Shown: in pieces, positions 1-9,247 of the stretch
How positions within the stretch are numbered: position 1 is the first letter of the stretch
Layout of the letters: every line of letters starts with the position of its first letter
Assembly (NCBI GenBank): GCA_050250415.1
Contig: JBFWOO010000001.1
Location: 84,096-148,095, forward strand
Source of the DNA: Dehalococcoidia bacterium
Lineage (GTDB): Bacteria > Chloroflexota > Dehalococcoidia > UBA2979
Length of the DNA stretch: 64,000 nucleotides
Reading direction: 5' to 3'
Made by a program: the position numbers and the translations under genes
Notes under the pieces: model-generated
The model's input: the letters and a program-made list of their open reading frames with translations, nothing else
Told to the model about the DNA's origin: nothing
The model's database searches: none

Positions 1-232
1 TCTACGGTTCATCACTATCTGGCGCCCGATCGTGGTTGATCGGACTCACGGGAATCTCCGCGATGACCTGCGATGGGTACAAGCAGGACAAGGTCGATTT
101 TGACAGTTTGGTGACGTGACTTGACCGCGTACCTCACGATGCTACAAAGGCACCGTAGTGACACACAGTGGCCTGTCATCAGAACTGCTGGCCACTGCGT
201 AGTCCCCGTATTACGGGTGCAAGGAAAGCGAC

Positions 233-451
233 GTGGCAGCGATCTTCTGCGACCTCTGTGAGCGAGAGATCGAGGAAGTAGCCACCGAGATGCGTCTCGC
301 TCCAGCGGCAGCAGGCGCTGGCGTCAACGGGAAGCCCTTCCTCGTCGTCTACTCGGAGCGCGCCGAGGTGCAGGTCGCATGCACCTCCTGCGCGCGCTGG
401 ATCGAACAGGCGATTCAGGAGCTGCGCCGGTCGTTCCGTGGTGGCGCGTAG
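233..451 (+). CDS. Small Zn-ribbon-like protein (CxxC...CxxC)
   Basis: GTG start after AAGGA; CDLC and CTSC pairs; resembles the 1268-1630 ORF. Confidence 0.7.
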   Translation: MAAIFCDLCEREIEEVATEMRLAPAAAGAGVNGKPFLVVYSERAEVQVACTSCARWIEQAIQELRRSFRGGA

Positions 452-467
452 CTTGAGCGCTGTTCGC

Positions 468-1280
468 TCACGCGAGTGCTCCGCGGAACCACTCGATGCG
501 GTTCAAGAGCCGCTCAGGCCCGCCGAGGTGCATGACGGCGAGGGCATCGTCGTCGGTTGACTGGAGCGAGGCCGGCTCCGCCGCCCGGATGCCGTCCCCA
601 ATGCCCAGGCGGCCCGCGAGGACGCTCGCCCGACGGACGGCCACCGCCAGCGGGGCATCGCCCGCGGGGTGCCCCTCGATCGCATCGACGATCGCCGTGG
701 GCAGCTGCCATGACCGGCCGACGACGCCACCGACCACCGCGTGGTCATCCGCGAACTCCCTGCGCTCCGCCTCCAGGGGGTCCGCGCCACAGATGATCGA
801 GTCCACCACCCGCCGATACCGATCGGGGGCGGTCGCGGCCATCGCGAGCCGGCCGATGTCGTGCAGCAGCCCGGCGCTGAACGCGTGGTGGCGGTACTCC
901 TGCAGCGATGGATCCACGCTCACGATGCCGTGCGCCAGCAGGCCGACGCCGACCACGTGCCGCCACAGCTCGTCTCCGTCGATCCCGGACTGAGCGAACT
1001 GGTTGGCCGCGGTTCCGCTGTTGAGCGCCACGCTCAGCACGACGCGCCGGGTGTCCTCCAGGCCGATCCGGATCATCGCCTGAGACACTTTGGCCACGCG
1101 CGCCACCGGCTGGGCGGCGGCGGCGTTCGCCAGTCGCAGGATGCCAAGCGTCATCGCCGGGTCGGTCTCGATGACCGCAGCCAGCTCAGCGATGCTTGCG
1201 TCCTTCGACATCACGAGCGCCATGGACTGCGCCTGGGCGGTCGGAAGCGGGGGGATGTGCACGACGCTCAGGCCACCCAC
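468..1280 (-). CDS. HDOD domain protein (stand-alone)
   Basis: PPLP...IETDPAMTLGILRLAN...LWRH...AGLLHDIGRL...DHAVVG...WQLP...IEGH motifs; GTG start at 1280 with GGGAG RBS chosen over the track start. Confidence 0.85.
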   Translation of the reverse strand: MGGLSVVHIPPLPTAQAQSMALVMSKDASIAELAAVIETDPAMTLGILRLANAAAAQPVARVAKVSQAMIRIGLEDTRRVVLSVALNSGTAANQFAQSGIDGDELWRHVVGVGLLAHGIVSVDPSLQEYRHHAFSAGLLHDIGRLAMAATAPDRYRRVVDSIICGADPLEAERREFADDHAVVGGVVGRSWQLPTAIVDAIEGHPAGDAPLAVAVRRASVLAGRLGIGDGIRAAEPASLQSTDDDALAVMHLGGPERLLNRIEWFRGALA

Positions 1281-1630
1281 GGGCGGCTCCCATCTGACAT
1301 CTGATCGTCCGTTCCAGGTGTTCGTTGAGAGTCGGCCGCTGGCGCTGCCCACTCGAACGTGGGCCCGTTCTGCATCGCACCGAAGGGCGCTGCCCAGCGC
1401 GCGTCCCGCTCCAGCAGGCGCGCCGCCGCGAACGACTCCCGGATAGTCCGCATCCCCAGCTGCACCCAGGTGCCGCAAGGCGAGCAGAGTTGTAACCAGT
1501 GTGTTGCCTGCCGGGCTCGGACCGTTATTCCGCCTTCGAAGAGCGGTACCGGCCGACCCCGGACTGTCGTCATCTCGAACGCCGCCCCCTGCAGCCGCCT
1601 ACCGCAGATGTTGCACTTCAGCGCCTGCAT
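1268..1630 (-). CDS. Small Zn-ribbon-like protein, paralog of 233-451
   Basis: ATG at 1630 with GGAGG RBS; CNIC...CSPC; stop overlaps the HDOD start. Confidence 0.7.
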   Translation of the reverse strand: MQALKCNICGRRLQGAAFEMTTVRGRPVPLFEGGITVRARQATHWLQLCSPCGTWVQLGMRTIRESFAAARLLERDARWAAPFGAMQNGPTFEWAAPAADSQRTPGTDDQMSDGSRPWVA

Positions 1631-2016
1631 GGTCGCCTCCGAATTGGCGCCGATCTCCGGGCCTACGTACATGTTCGTCACGGCGATGGGAGTGCGAAGA
1701 GATCGCGCTGTCGGAACTTTGTTACTCATGCGTGCTGAACCACATCACAGAATTCGTGGCCCGCGCGAAACGCTCGGGTTTACGAGGCCTGTTCGTGGCT
1801 GCGCTGGATGGCGCATGCACTCGCCGCATCGGGGAGGCATTTCGTTCACATCGCAATAATTTGAAGCACAGTAGTCATGAGCCCGTTGACCGCCCCGTGG
1901 CACGGTGTGCCTTCGCGTAGTAGGGGCGAGTAGTGCGCCACTAACTGCTGCGTTGGTGGCGTACCATTGGATCGGCCAAAGTTCGCGCTACGGGCGTGTT
2001 GCGGCAGGGAGGGCTA

Positions 2017-2946
2017 GTGATTCGCGAGCGTTCAAGCGCGCGCCCACGCACCACCCGACCTGCTGCGGTCGCTCCCGCGGGGACGCCCACTCGCTCGACG
2101 CGCGCCGCACGCCTCCTCGCGCTCCAGGGCGCCGCAGGTAACCGCAGTGTTGCGCGCCTCCTCCGTGACGGGGCGCCGCAGACGGTCCAGCGGATCGTCT
2201 ACCCGAACATGGCGACGATGTGGGCGGCCGTCCATCCGGGCTACGCGCTCGCCAACGTCTACCAGGACTCCGTCCTGTCAGACCTGTACGACGATGCCGC
2301 CGCCCAGCTGCCGCAGGCGGACTTCGTCCAGGTGGCGAACCAGGCGCCTCAGGCGACCGCGACCCCGAGTCCCCCCGCACCGACGCCCTACCGCATCGAC
2401 TGGGACTTCGCCGCGAATGTCGGCTTCGACAACGACTTCTTCGCCGGGGCCGTCCTCCACGAGCTGGCCCACGTCGCCTCGGCGGAGATGTACACCCAGA
2501 ACCTCGGCGCGCCGGGCGCCCTCGTGTGGGCGAACATGAACCTGCCGGCCGCGGTGGGCCCTGTCGGTCCATCGGGCCTCGCCGCGAATCAGCTGCTCGC
2601 GCTGCAGAACCAGATCCAGACGCTCGACGACAACTGGACGGACCTCGAGGGCGAGGCGCAGGCGGACCTCGCCAACGGCGACCTGACCGCGGGCGAACAC
2701 GCGCACGTCGACGGGCGGATCCAGTACGCCCTCGCGACGTCGTTCGTGCACAACGACACCGTCCTCGGCGACATCATGTACTGGCTCCTGGCCCGCGGCC
2801 TGGAGGACACCCGCACCTACGCCTTCGCCCGACGGATGCTGAACGAGGCGAACGACCGCCGGCGCGTCGGCTTCTGGGCGAACCCGGACACCGAGGTCAG
2901 GCGCGTCGACAGCCAGGCCTGGTGGTTCCAGTTCTGGCGCTGGTGA
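2017..2946 (+). CDS. Putative zincin metallopeptidase/effector with LQxxAGNxxV...VQR leader
   Basis: LLALQGAAGNRSVARLL...VQR N-terminus; VLHELAHV (HExxH); GTG start after GGGAGGG. Confidence 0.7.
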   Translation: MIRERSSARPRTTRPAAVAPAGTPTRSTRAARLLALQGAAGNRSVARLLRDGAPQTVQRIVYPNMATMWAAVHPGYALANVYQDSVLSDLYDDAAAQLPQADFVQVANQAPQATATPSPPAPTPYRIDWDFAANVGFDNDFFAGAVLHELAHVASAEMYTQNLGAPGALVWANMNLPAAVGPVGPSGLAANQLLALQNQIQTLDDNWTDLEGEAQADLANGDLTAGEHAHVDGRIQYALATSFVHNDTVLGDIMYWLLARGLEDTRTYAFARRMLNEANDRRRVGFWANPDTEVRRVDSQAWWFQFWRW

Positions 2947-3043
2947 CAGGACCTCCCCGTCCGCCGGCGCCGCGTCTGTGCCGACCGGCCGGATCCGCCA
3001 TCTCGCCACTACGCCCGCCGCGTCCGCTGCCGACCATCCCGGC

Positions 3044-3427
3044 GTGGATGCGTTCAGCCTCGTCGCGTTGTTGCTGTCACTGCTCGCGCCCGGGCGCGGG
3101 GACGTGACGTTCCTCGACCGCCCCGCCGTGCCGGTGCGGGTGGGCGCGGTCTACCACGAGGCGCGCGGCGCGACGTGGTGCGATCCGGACGGGACGTACC
3201 GCGTCGTCGTGGCGACCCGGCGCGACGGGTGGGAGGAGACCCTCGCCCACGAACTCATCCATGCCTACGACTGCCGCGACAACGGCGCCGTCGATGGCTC
3301 ACCCGGGCATCCTCGCCCAGCCGAGCGGCCGCCGGGCCTGAGCGACCGCGAGTGGTCCGCGGGCGATGACGCCCACTGGTACGTGGCCCAGGTATTCCGC
3401 ACAGGCCAGCTCACCGACGCGCCCTGA
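3044..3427 (+). CDS. Small exported HExxH protein
   Basis: Hydrophobic N-terminus; TLAHELIHAYD; start uncertain. Confidence 0.55.
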   Translation: MDAFSLVALLLSLLAPGRGDVTFLDRPAVPVRVGAVYHEARGATWCDPDGTYRVVVATRRDGWEETLAHELIHAYDCRDNGAVDGSPGHPRPAERPPGLSDREWSAGDDAHWYVAQVFRTGQLTDAP

Positions 3428-3447
3428 GGGGAGTTGCCGGGGATCGC

Positions 3448-6285
3448 CTACGGGGTGACGAACACCCGCGTCTCCGGCGGCAGCCCGTCCGGGAACGCGG
3501 CGTGGAAGCCGGCGTTCAGGAACGCGGCGGCGCCCGGACGGTAACGGTGCCACTCGCCGTCCGCGGCGGAGGCCCACGCCGAGGCGTCGCCCAGCGCGCG
3601 GTCGAGCCGGGCCATGCGCCCTCCCTGCCACACGCTCGCGCTGACCCCGAACGCGCGAGGCGGCGGGATGCACGTGCCCCAGCCGGGCGGCGCGACGAAG
3701 ACGCTGAAGAGCGTGAAGTGATCCACCTCGGCGTTCAGCGTGATCGAGCCGTCGGCGTTGAAGGTGACGCTCGCCTCGACCTCGACCCATTCGCTGCCAT
3801 TCCAGAACGCGAGCATCAGCGTCTCGCTCGTCGCGCCCGCCGGGACCGCTTCCGCGGGGACGCTGAATTCCAGCGTCACCGGCGCTGAGAAGTTCGCCTC
3901 CACCGGGACGCCCGCCTCGTCCGTGAGGTTCACGACGAAGTCCGTCACGACCGCCGCCGAGGTGGGCGGAGGCGCCTGTGTGCGGACCTCCGCCGGGTTC
4001 GCGATCGCCGCGACCTGGACCGTCGCGTTCGGCGGCGCGGTCGGTGGCAGGGCCGACGCCGGCACGGTCACCTGCACGCTCGACCCGTTCGCCGCGGTCG
4101 TCCCGACCTGGGCGACTGCGCCAGGCGCCGTGGGCACGGGAGTGCTGCGCGCGTTCTCCACCTCGACCGCCACGTTGCCCGGCTCGAGCACGGGCGGCGC
4201 GGGCGTCGAAGTCGGCGTCGCCGTCGCCGTCGGCGAGGGCGTGGCAGTCGGGACCGCCGTCGCCTCGACCTCGTCGGCCGGGGTGGGCGTCGGCGTCGGC
4301 GTTGCCGGCGAGGAGCGCGCCACGGTGAGCGTCCGCGAGTCCGTGGCGGCGACCTGGCCGCCGATCGTCAGCGTCGCCGTCACCGTCACCGTGTTCGTGC
4401 CGACCACGAGGCCGGTCGCGCCGACAACGCTGATCGTGACCGAGTCGCCGTTCACCAGCGTCACCGTGGGGGTCACGCTCGTCACGGCCTCGGCGACGGC
4501 GGACGGCATCGAGACGGAGCCGATCGCCGGCGTCAGGAACGGCGAGGTGGTCACGTCCCCGGCGACCTCGCCAGCCTGCGGTCCGTCGAGGCGCCCCCAC
4601 CAGTTCCTCGTCGCGTCGACCGGGCCGGCGGCGTCGCCCTCGACGCCCACGCTCACGGCGTTCCCCACCAGGCGGTTTCGCGTCACCAGCACCGTCCCGA
4701 CCGGGCTCGCGCCCGTCTCCCGAATCCGGACGCCGATCGCGTTGCCCTGCACGAGGTTGCCTGAGACGGCGCCGGTGGCCAGCGCGGCGTCGCGGCTATG
4801 GAAGTAGATGCCGCTCAGCGTGTTATCGCGGACCTCGTTCCCCTCCACCGTCGTCGTCGCCGCGCGGTCAATCGAGATGCCGTCGCGGTTCGCGTGCGCG
4901 AGGTTGCCCGTGACCACGGAGTCGGTCGCGGCGGCGGTCGCCCCGCCCAGCGGAGTGCCGCCGACGCACAGGCCGCAGATGTTGAAGCCGGACGCCTCGT
5001 TCTGCTCCAACCGGGTCCCGGAGGCGCCCGCGCGGATCAGCGTGCCCTGGTCGGCGTTATTCCCCGAGAGCGTGTCCTGTGCCGCCCCGCCGCCGACGAG
5101 GACGTTCGCGCGGATCCGGTTCCCCGCGCCGCCTTCGACCACGATCGGGTAGTCGCTGCGCGCCGGATCGTCGCACCCCCGCACCGTGAAGCCCTCGAGG
5201 AGGTTGCCGTCGCCGGTGATGCGGATCCCGCGCCCGCCGATGCTCGGGCAGTTGCCGCCGAGGAAGTCGATGACGGTGCTGGCGGCGCCGCTCGTCGAGA
5301 CGATCGCGAGATCGTCCTTCGCCACGTCGATCTTCGTCGTCAGTTCGTACGTCCCGGGCCGCACCACCACGCGCCCACCGTGGGCCACGGCGGTGACGCC
5401 GTGCTGGATCGCGCCGTATGGCTGGCGCGGATTCCCCAGGCCGTTGCCGAGGCCGAAGTCGTCGGACGGCCCGGGCGCATGGCCGACCTCGATGTACGCG
5501 ACCGAGCGGTTGCCGTCCGCGAAACGCCGGTCGAGCACGCTCATCCCGCCGTTGGCGGCCGAGAGCGCCATCACGGCGGACCCGTATGCCGCCGAGTCGG
5601 ACTGGCTCGCCGGGAGCGGGCTGAACGCGGCCGGGGTGGCGCTCCAGACGCTCACCAGCACGACGATGTCCCACTCGTTCCCGGTCGCGCCCGGTGCGTT
5701 CCCGCTGACCGAGCTGACGTCCGAGCGCACGAGGATGGAGCCTTTCGTGTTGTCGATCACGTTGTTCGTGATCGTCGCCCCGGTGGCCCCGCTCAAGACC
5801 TGGATGCCGGTCCGCACGTTCCGGACCTGGTTGCCGGTGATCGTCGCACCGGTCGCCGTCGCGTTGAGTGCGATGCCCCAGGTGTTGTCCGGCTCGGCCG
5901 TCCAGTCGATCCCGAGGTACGTGTCGGTGTACGGCCCGACGATCGCCAGTCCCTGCACGGTGATCCCGGGCGCCGATAGCGTGAGGCCCGTCTGCGATTC
6001 ACCGATATTGATCGTTGCGCCCGACGCGCCGGCGAGGGTGAGGTTCGCCTTCGACAGCGTCGCGGGGACGAAGGCGCCGGCGGCGACGTTGATCGTGTCG
6101 CCCGGAGCGGCAGCGTCCACGGCCGCCTGGATCGTGGTGAAGCACTCGCCACCCTCGATGCAGACCGGGTCGCCGTCGGCGGCGTGGGCGGTCGCGAGCG
6201 CGAGCAGCGCGAACGTCCCGCCAATGGCGGCGATCAGCCGTCGACGTCGGGGGAGGTGCCCAATGCCACCCAGTGGCTGTAGCAC
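3448..6285 (-). CDS. Secreted right-handed beta-helix (pectin-lyase-like) protein with Pro/Thr linker, ZU5-like domain and short C-terminal domain
   Basis: Signal peptide (RRRR-hydrophobic-AHA); TIQAAVDAA and I.GN.V repeats; PTPTPT linker; FWNGSEW...VDHFTLF; exact start uncertain. Confidence 0.85.
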   Translation of the reverse strand: MLQPLGGIGHLPRRRRLIAAIGGTFALLALATAHAADGDPVCIEGGECFTTIQAAVDAAAPGDTINVAAGAFVPATLSKANLTLAGASGATINIGESQTGLTLSAPGITVQGLAIVGPYTDTYLGIDWTAEPDNTWGIALNATATGATITGNQVRNVRTGIQVLSGATGATITNNVIDNTKGSILVRSDVSSVSGNAPGATGNEWDIVVLVSVWSATPAAFSPLPASQSDSAAYGSAVMALSAANGGMSVLDRRFADGNRSVAYIEVGHAPGPSDDFGLGNGLGNPRQPYGAIQHGVTAVAHGGRVVVRPGTYELTTKIDVAKDDLAIVSTSGAASTVIDFLGGNCPSIGGRGIRITGDGNLLEGFTVRGCDDPARSDYPIVVEGGAGNRIRANVLVGGGAAQDTLSGNNADQGTLIRAGASGTRLEQNEASGFNICGLCVGGTPLGGATAAATDSVVTGNLAHANRDGISIDRAATTTVEGNEVRDNTLSGIYFHSRDAALATGAVSGNLVQGNAIGVRIRETGASPVGTVLVTRNRLVGNAVSVGVEGDAAGPVDATRNWWGRLDGPQAGEVAGDVTTSPFLTPAIGSVSMPSAVAEAVTSVTPTVTLVNGDSVTISVVGATGLVVGTNTVTVTATLTIGGQVAATDSRTLTVARSSPATPTPTPTPADEVEATAVPTATPSPTATATPTSTPAPPVLEPGNVAVEVENARSTPVPTAPGAVAQVGTTAANGSSVQVTVPASALPPTAPPNATVQVAAIANPAEVRTQAPPPTSAAVVTDFVVNLTDEAGVPVEANFSAPVTLEFSVPAEAVPAGATSETLMLAFWNGSEWVEVEASVTFNADGSITLNAEVDHFTLFSVFVAPPGWGTCIPPPRAFGVSASVWQGGRMARLDRALGDASAWASAADGEWHRYRPGAAAFLNAGFHAAFPDGLPPETRVFVTP

Positions 6286-6783
6286 TCGTCTTCTCCGCTC
6301 TCCGCCGGGCGGGGTTCTCCTCGATGGGGCGTGGGGCAGCAGGGGATGTCGCCGTGGATGCGGACGGGCGGCGACGCGCGCACACGTCCGCGGCGAGCCA
6401 GGCTCACGTTTCGGGCATTTCTGGACGCCGGAAGTCAGAGCCGACCGGGCACGACTACCGTGCCCGCTACCCGTCCGTTGCGCTGACGTTATCCATATCG
6501 CGCTGAGTCGTCAACGCTGCGACGTCATGTTTCCGAGGCGAGTCCCGCGGGCCGAGGACGAAGCGGGCCGTCGGACGCTGGCTTCGCGCTCGACGTCGAG
6601 CGGAGGCGATCGTTCGGGGAGGCAGCGCAGAGTGGATAGGGACTCCAGAGCACGCCGCACGACGGGCGCCCGCGCGCGCTCGATGAACGCGCAGTCCCTT
6701 AACCCATTCGCTACCGAAGCCAGCGCAATATAGATGTTCGTCATCCAGATAGGACACTGTGCCAGTCACGCCCAGCCGGTAGG

Positions 6784-7242
6784 TTGCGCCTCGTGGCTGC
6801 GAATCGGACGACACCGGAGAGCTTCGGCTCCAGGCTGCGGGACCTCCGTCGGAGGTCCCGCCTCAGCCAGCGCCAGCTCGCCGACATCGTCGGCCTCTCG
6901 CAGCGCAAAGTGTCGGACATCGAGACGGGGCGACGCCCCCCGGTGCTCCTCCCCGAGCAGTACGTCCAGCTCACCGACGTGCTCCAGGTCAGCCTCGCGG
7001 AACTCTTCGGCTACGAACTCCCGGAGACCGAGGCGACGCGGCGACGCTTCGATGAGCTCCTGCGCCTTGCGCCCGACCTTCGTGACCGCGAGATCAGCGC
7101 GCTGGTCGTCGTCGCCCGGCAGCTGATCGCCGCCCGCCACGACCCACCGCCCACGCCACCCCGCAGCCACCGCTCACGCGAGGACGCCGAGCCCGACTCG
7201 CCACCGCAGTCGTCTCCGAAGTCGCTGCGCGCCTCTGCCTGA
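6784..7242 (+). CDS. XRE/Cro-family HTH transcriptional regulator
   Basis: FGSRLRDLRRRSRLSQRQLADIVGLSQRKVSDIETG. Confidence 0.85.
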   Translation: MRLVAANRTTPESFGSRLRDLRRRSRLSQRQLADIVGLSQRKVSDIETGRRPPVLLPEQYVQLTDVLQVSLAELFGYELPETEATRRRFDELLRLAPDLRDREISALVVVARQLIAARHDPPPTPPRSHRSREDAEPDSPPQSSPKSLRASA

Positions 7243-7260
7243 AGGGCGCGGGCCGGACGC

Positions 7261-7371
7261 CCAGCCTCCGTTACCCAGCCTCCGTTACCCAGCCTCCGTT
7301 ACCCAGCCTCCGTCACCCAGCCTCCGTCACCCAGCCTCCGTCACCCAGCCTCCGTCACCCAGCCTCGTCAC
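7261..7371. repeat. 14-bp tandem repeat CCAGCCTCCGTYAC x7 plus one 13-bp degenerate copy
   Basis: Read directly: 3 copies ending TTAC, 4 ending TCAC; last copies overlap the stop of 7355-8722. Confidence 0.95.
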
Positions 7372-8722
7372 TCCCGCCCGGCAACCGCACCATCGCCCGC
7401 CCGCCGTCGACCCAGCGTTCGACGAGCATCACGCCGCCAAGTCGGAGCACCAGCGCGTGGGTGGCGCCCAGGGCCGGGCGTCGCGGTGTTGCCCCCGGCC
7501 CCAGCGGCTCGAACATGCTCGCGCGCAGGGCGGGGTCCAGCGGGCGCGCGTTGTCTTCCACCACGATCTCGATCGTCCCCTCGGGGTCGTGTGCCGTCCG
7601 GCGCACGAAGACGTCGACCCGCCCCCGGAACCAGCGGCCCGGCGGCGTGAGGTGCACCGTCTCCACTGTCGCCGCCACCGCCTGCCCGATCAGCACCGAG
7701 GCGATGTGGCGCACCGCTGGCGACGGGACGCGCGCGAGCACCGGGGCCGCCGCCGGCTGGAGCCAGAGCTCGACGCGATCGTCCAGCTCGCGGCGGTGCT
7801 CTTCGACCGCTGCCTCGACCATCGGGCGCACGTCGACGGCCGCCCGGTGCGGCTCATCGGTCGTCGTGTCGGACGCCACCGCCGTGAACTCCTCCACCAG
7901 CTCGAGGGCATCCGCCACCGCGGCCATGGGGGCGTCGAGGGCGACACGGTCGCGCCCCAGCTCGTCCGTGAGCTCGAGCGATGACTTGACGAACGACAGC
8001 AGCTCCCGCAGATCGGCGCCCACGCTGCCCACCAGGTCGTGGACGGCAGCGAGCCGCTCCAGGCGCAGGCGGTCCGCCTCCGCCGACCGTCGCGCCGAGA
8101 GGTCCCGCCCCAGGACCAGGATGCGCCCGCCCCCGAGGCTGATGAGGTCGCTCTCGACCGGCGCCACCGTCCCGTCACCTCGGAGGATCTCGCGCTCGAC
8201 GCGGTCCACGCCGCTCCGCAGCGCCGTCTCCACCGTCCCCCGCGGATCGGCGTCCCCCAGCAGGAACGCCCGGAACGACTGGCCGACGACCTGGTCGCGG
8301 CGGTAGCGGAAGAACGCCAGGCCGGCATCGTTCACGTCGAGGTAGGTGCCGCGGTGGTCGATGATCGCGAGCGGGTCGCGGGACGCCGTGAACGAGCGGC
8401 GGAACGCCTCGTCACTCGCCCGACGTCGCTCGTCCGCCCGGCGATAGATGCGCAGCGTCGGCCGCACGAGCGCCAGGAGGGCAGCGACCATCGCCGGGTT
8501 CCCCAGCAGGGAGAGCTGCACCGATAGCGGCAGCGCCGCCTCGCTCCGCGCGAGCGTCAGCGCGTTCACCACCCGCCCGAGCGCGCCGACCAGCAGCAGG
8601 ACGGTCAGCGCCTGCCACAACCGCCGCTCGCGCCCCGTGCTGCCACGCACGAGCACCGCCGCCTGCGACGCCGCCACACCGAGGACGAGCGCCGACAACG
8701 CGATGAGAACCCAGTCGGGCAT
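7355..8722 (-). CDS. Membrane PAS-domain histidine-kinase-like protein with degenerate catalytic motifs
   Basis: Three TM segments; PAS (AIIDHRGTYLDVNDA...VVGQ...RGDG); HisKA/HATPase-shaped C-terminus lacking the His, N-box and G-boxes. Confidence 0.75.
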   Translation of the reverse strand: MPDWVLIALSALVLGVAASQAAVLVRGSTGRERRLWQALTVLLLVGALGRVVNALTLARSEAALPLSVQLSLLGNPAMVAALLALVRPTLRIYRRADERRRASDEAFRRSFTASRDPLAIIDHRGTYLDVNDAGLAFFRYRRDQVVGQSFRAFLLGDADPRGTVETALRSGVDRVEREILRGDGTVAPVESDLISLGGGRILVLGRDLSARRSAEADRLRLERLAAVHDLVGSVGADLRELLSFVKSSLELTDELGRDRVALDAPMAAVADALELVEEFTAVASDTTTDEPHRAAVDVRPMVEAAVEEHRRELDDRVELWLQPAAAPVLARVPSPAVRHIASVLIGQAVAATVETVHLTPPGRWFRGRVDVFVRRTAHDPEGTIEIVVEDNARPLDPALRASMFEPLGPGATPRRPALGATHALVLRLGGVMLVERWVDGGRAMVRLPGGSDEAG

Positions 8723-9215
8723 CACGACGCCCGACTGCCGCCCTGGAGGAAGGCCACACTGCACCGCCCGTACGGAGGCGCCGCGCCCGGCCCGACCCCG
8801 CTACTCGACTGTCGAGCACGCGCATCATCAGTCGACCGTGGGACGCCTTACCGCTCCCGTACAGTTATCCATTGCGCGCTGAAATTGTCAACGGAACACA
8901 CGCCCACAATCGGCCCCCGAAACCCGCGTCACGGAACTCACTGCGAGCAACCAGACCGAGATCCACTGCACCCCGTGCCGGGACCACATCGAGCCACCGC
9001 CAGCGCGATGTGGGTATGGCGTTCGAAGCGACGCGGGGTGGCGCCGGCTCGACGCGCCGATGCGTCGGGTCTGACGTCGAGGCATTGGGCCCCGATCGAC
9101 CGAGGACTTGCTCAGGAGGCAGATGATCCCCAGCTCCCGATAGCCGCATCAGCAGCACGCAGCTGCCCACAGTCGTAGAACTCATGAGTTCCGGCGAGTG
9201 CATCGCGACGCGCGG

Positions 9216-9247
9216 CCCAGCGCTGGGAGTTCCCAGCGCTGGGAGTT
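9216..9247. repeat. Tandem 16-bp duplication CCCAGCGCTGGGAGTT x2, each copy with a 12-bp palindrome
   Basis: Read directly from the sequence. Confidence 0.9.

Noticed and set aside
166-197. Leader hairpin CAGTGGCC...GGCCACTG as a riboswitch
   Set aside because: Single 8-bp stem with no recognisable aptamer consensus
1734-1749. CRP/FNR-like site GCTGA-N6-TCACA
   Set aside because: Left half-site has two mismatches; could be chance
7261-7371. CRISPR array
   Set aside because: Repeats are contiguous 14-mers with no spacers, and no cas genes are present
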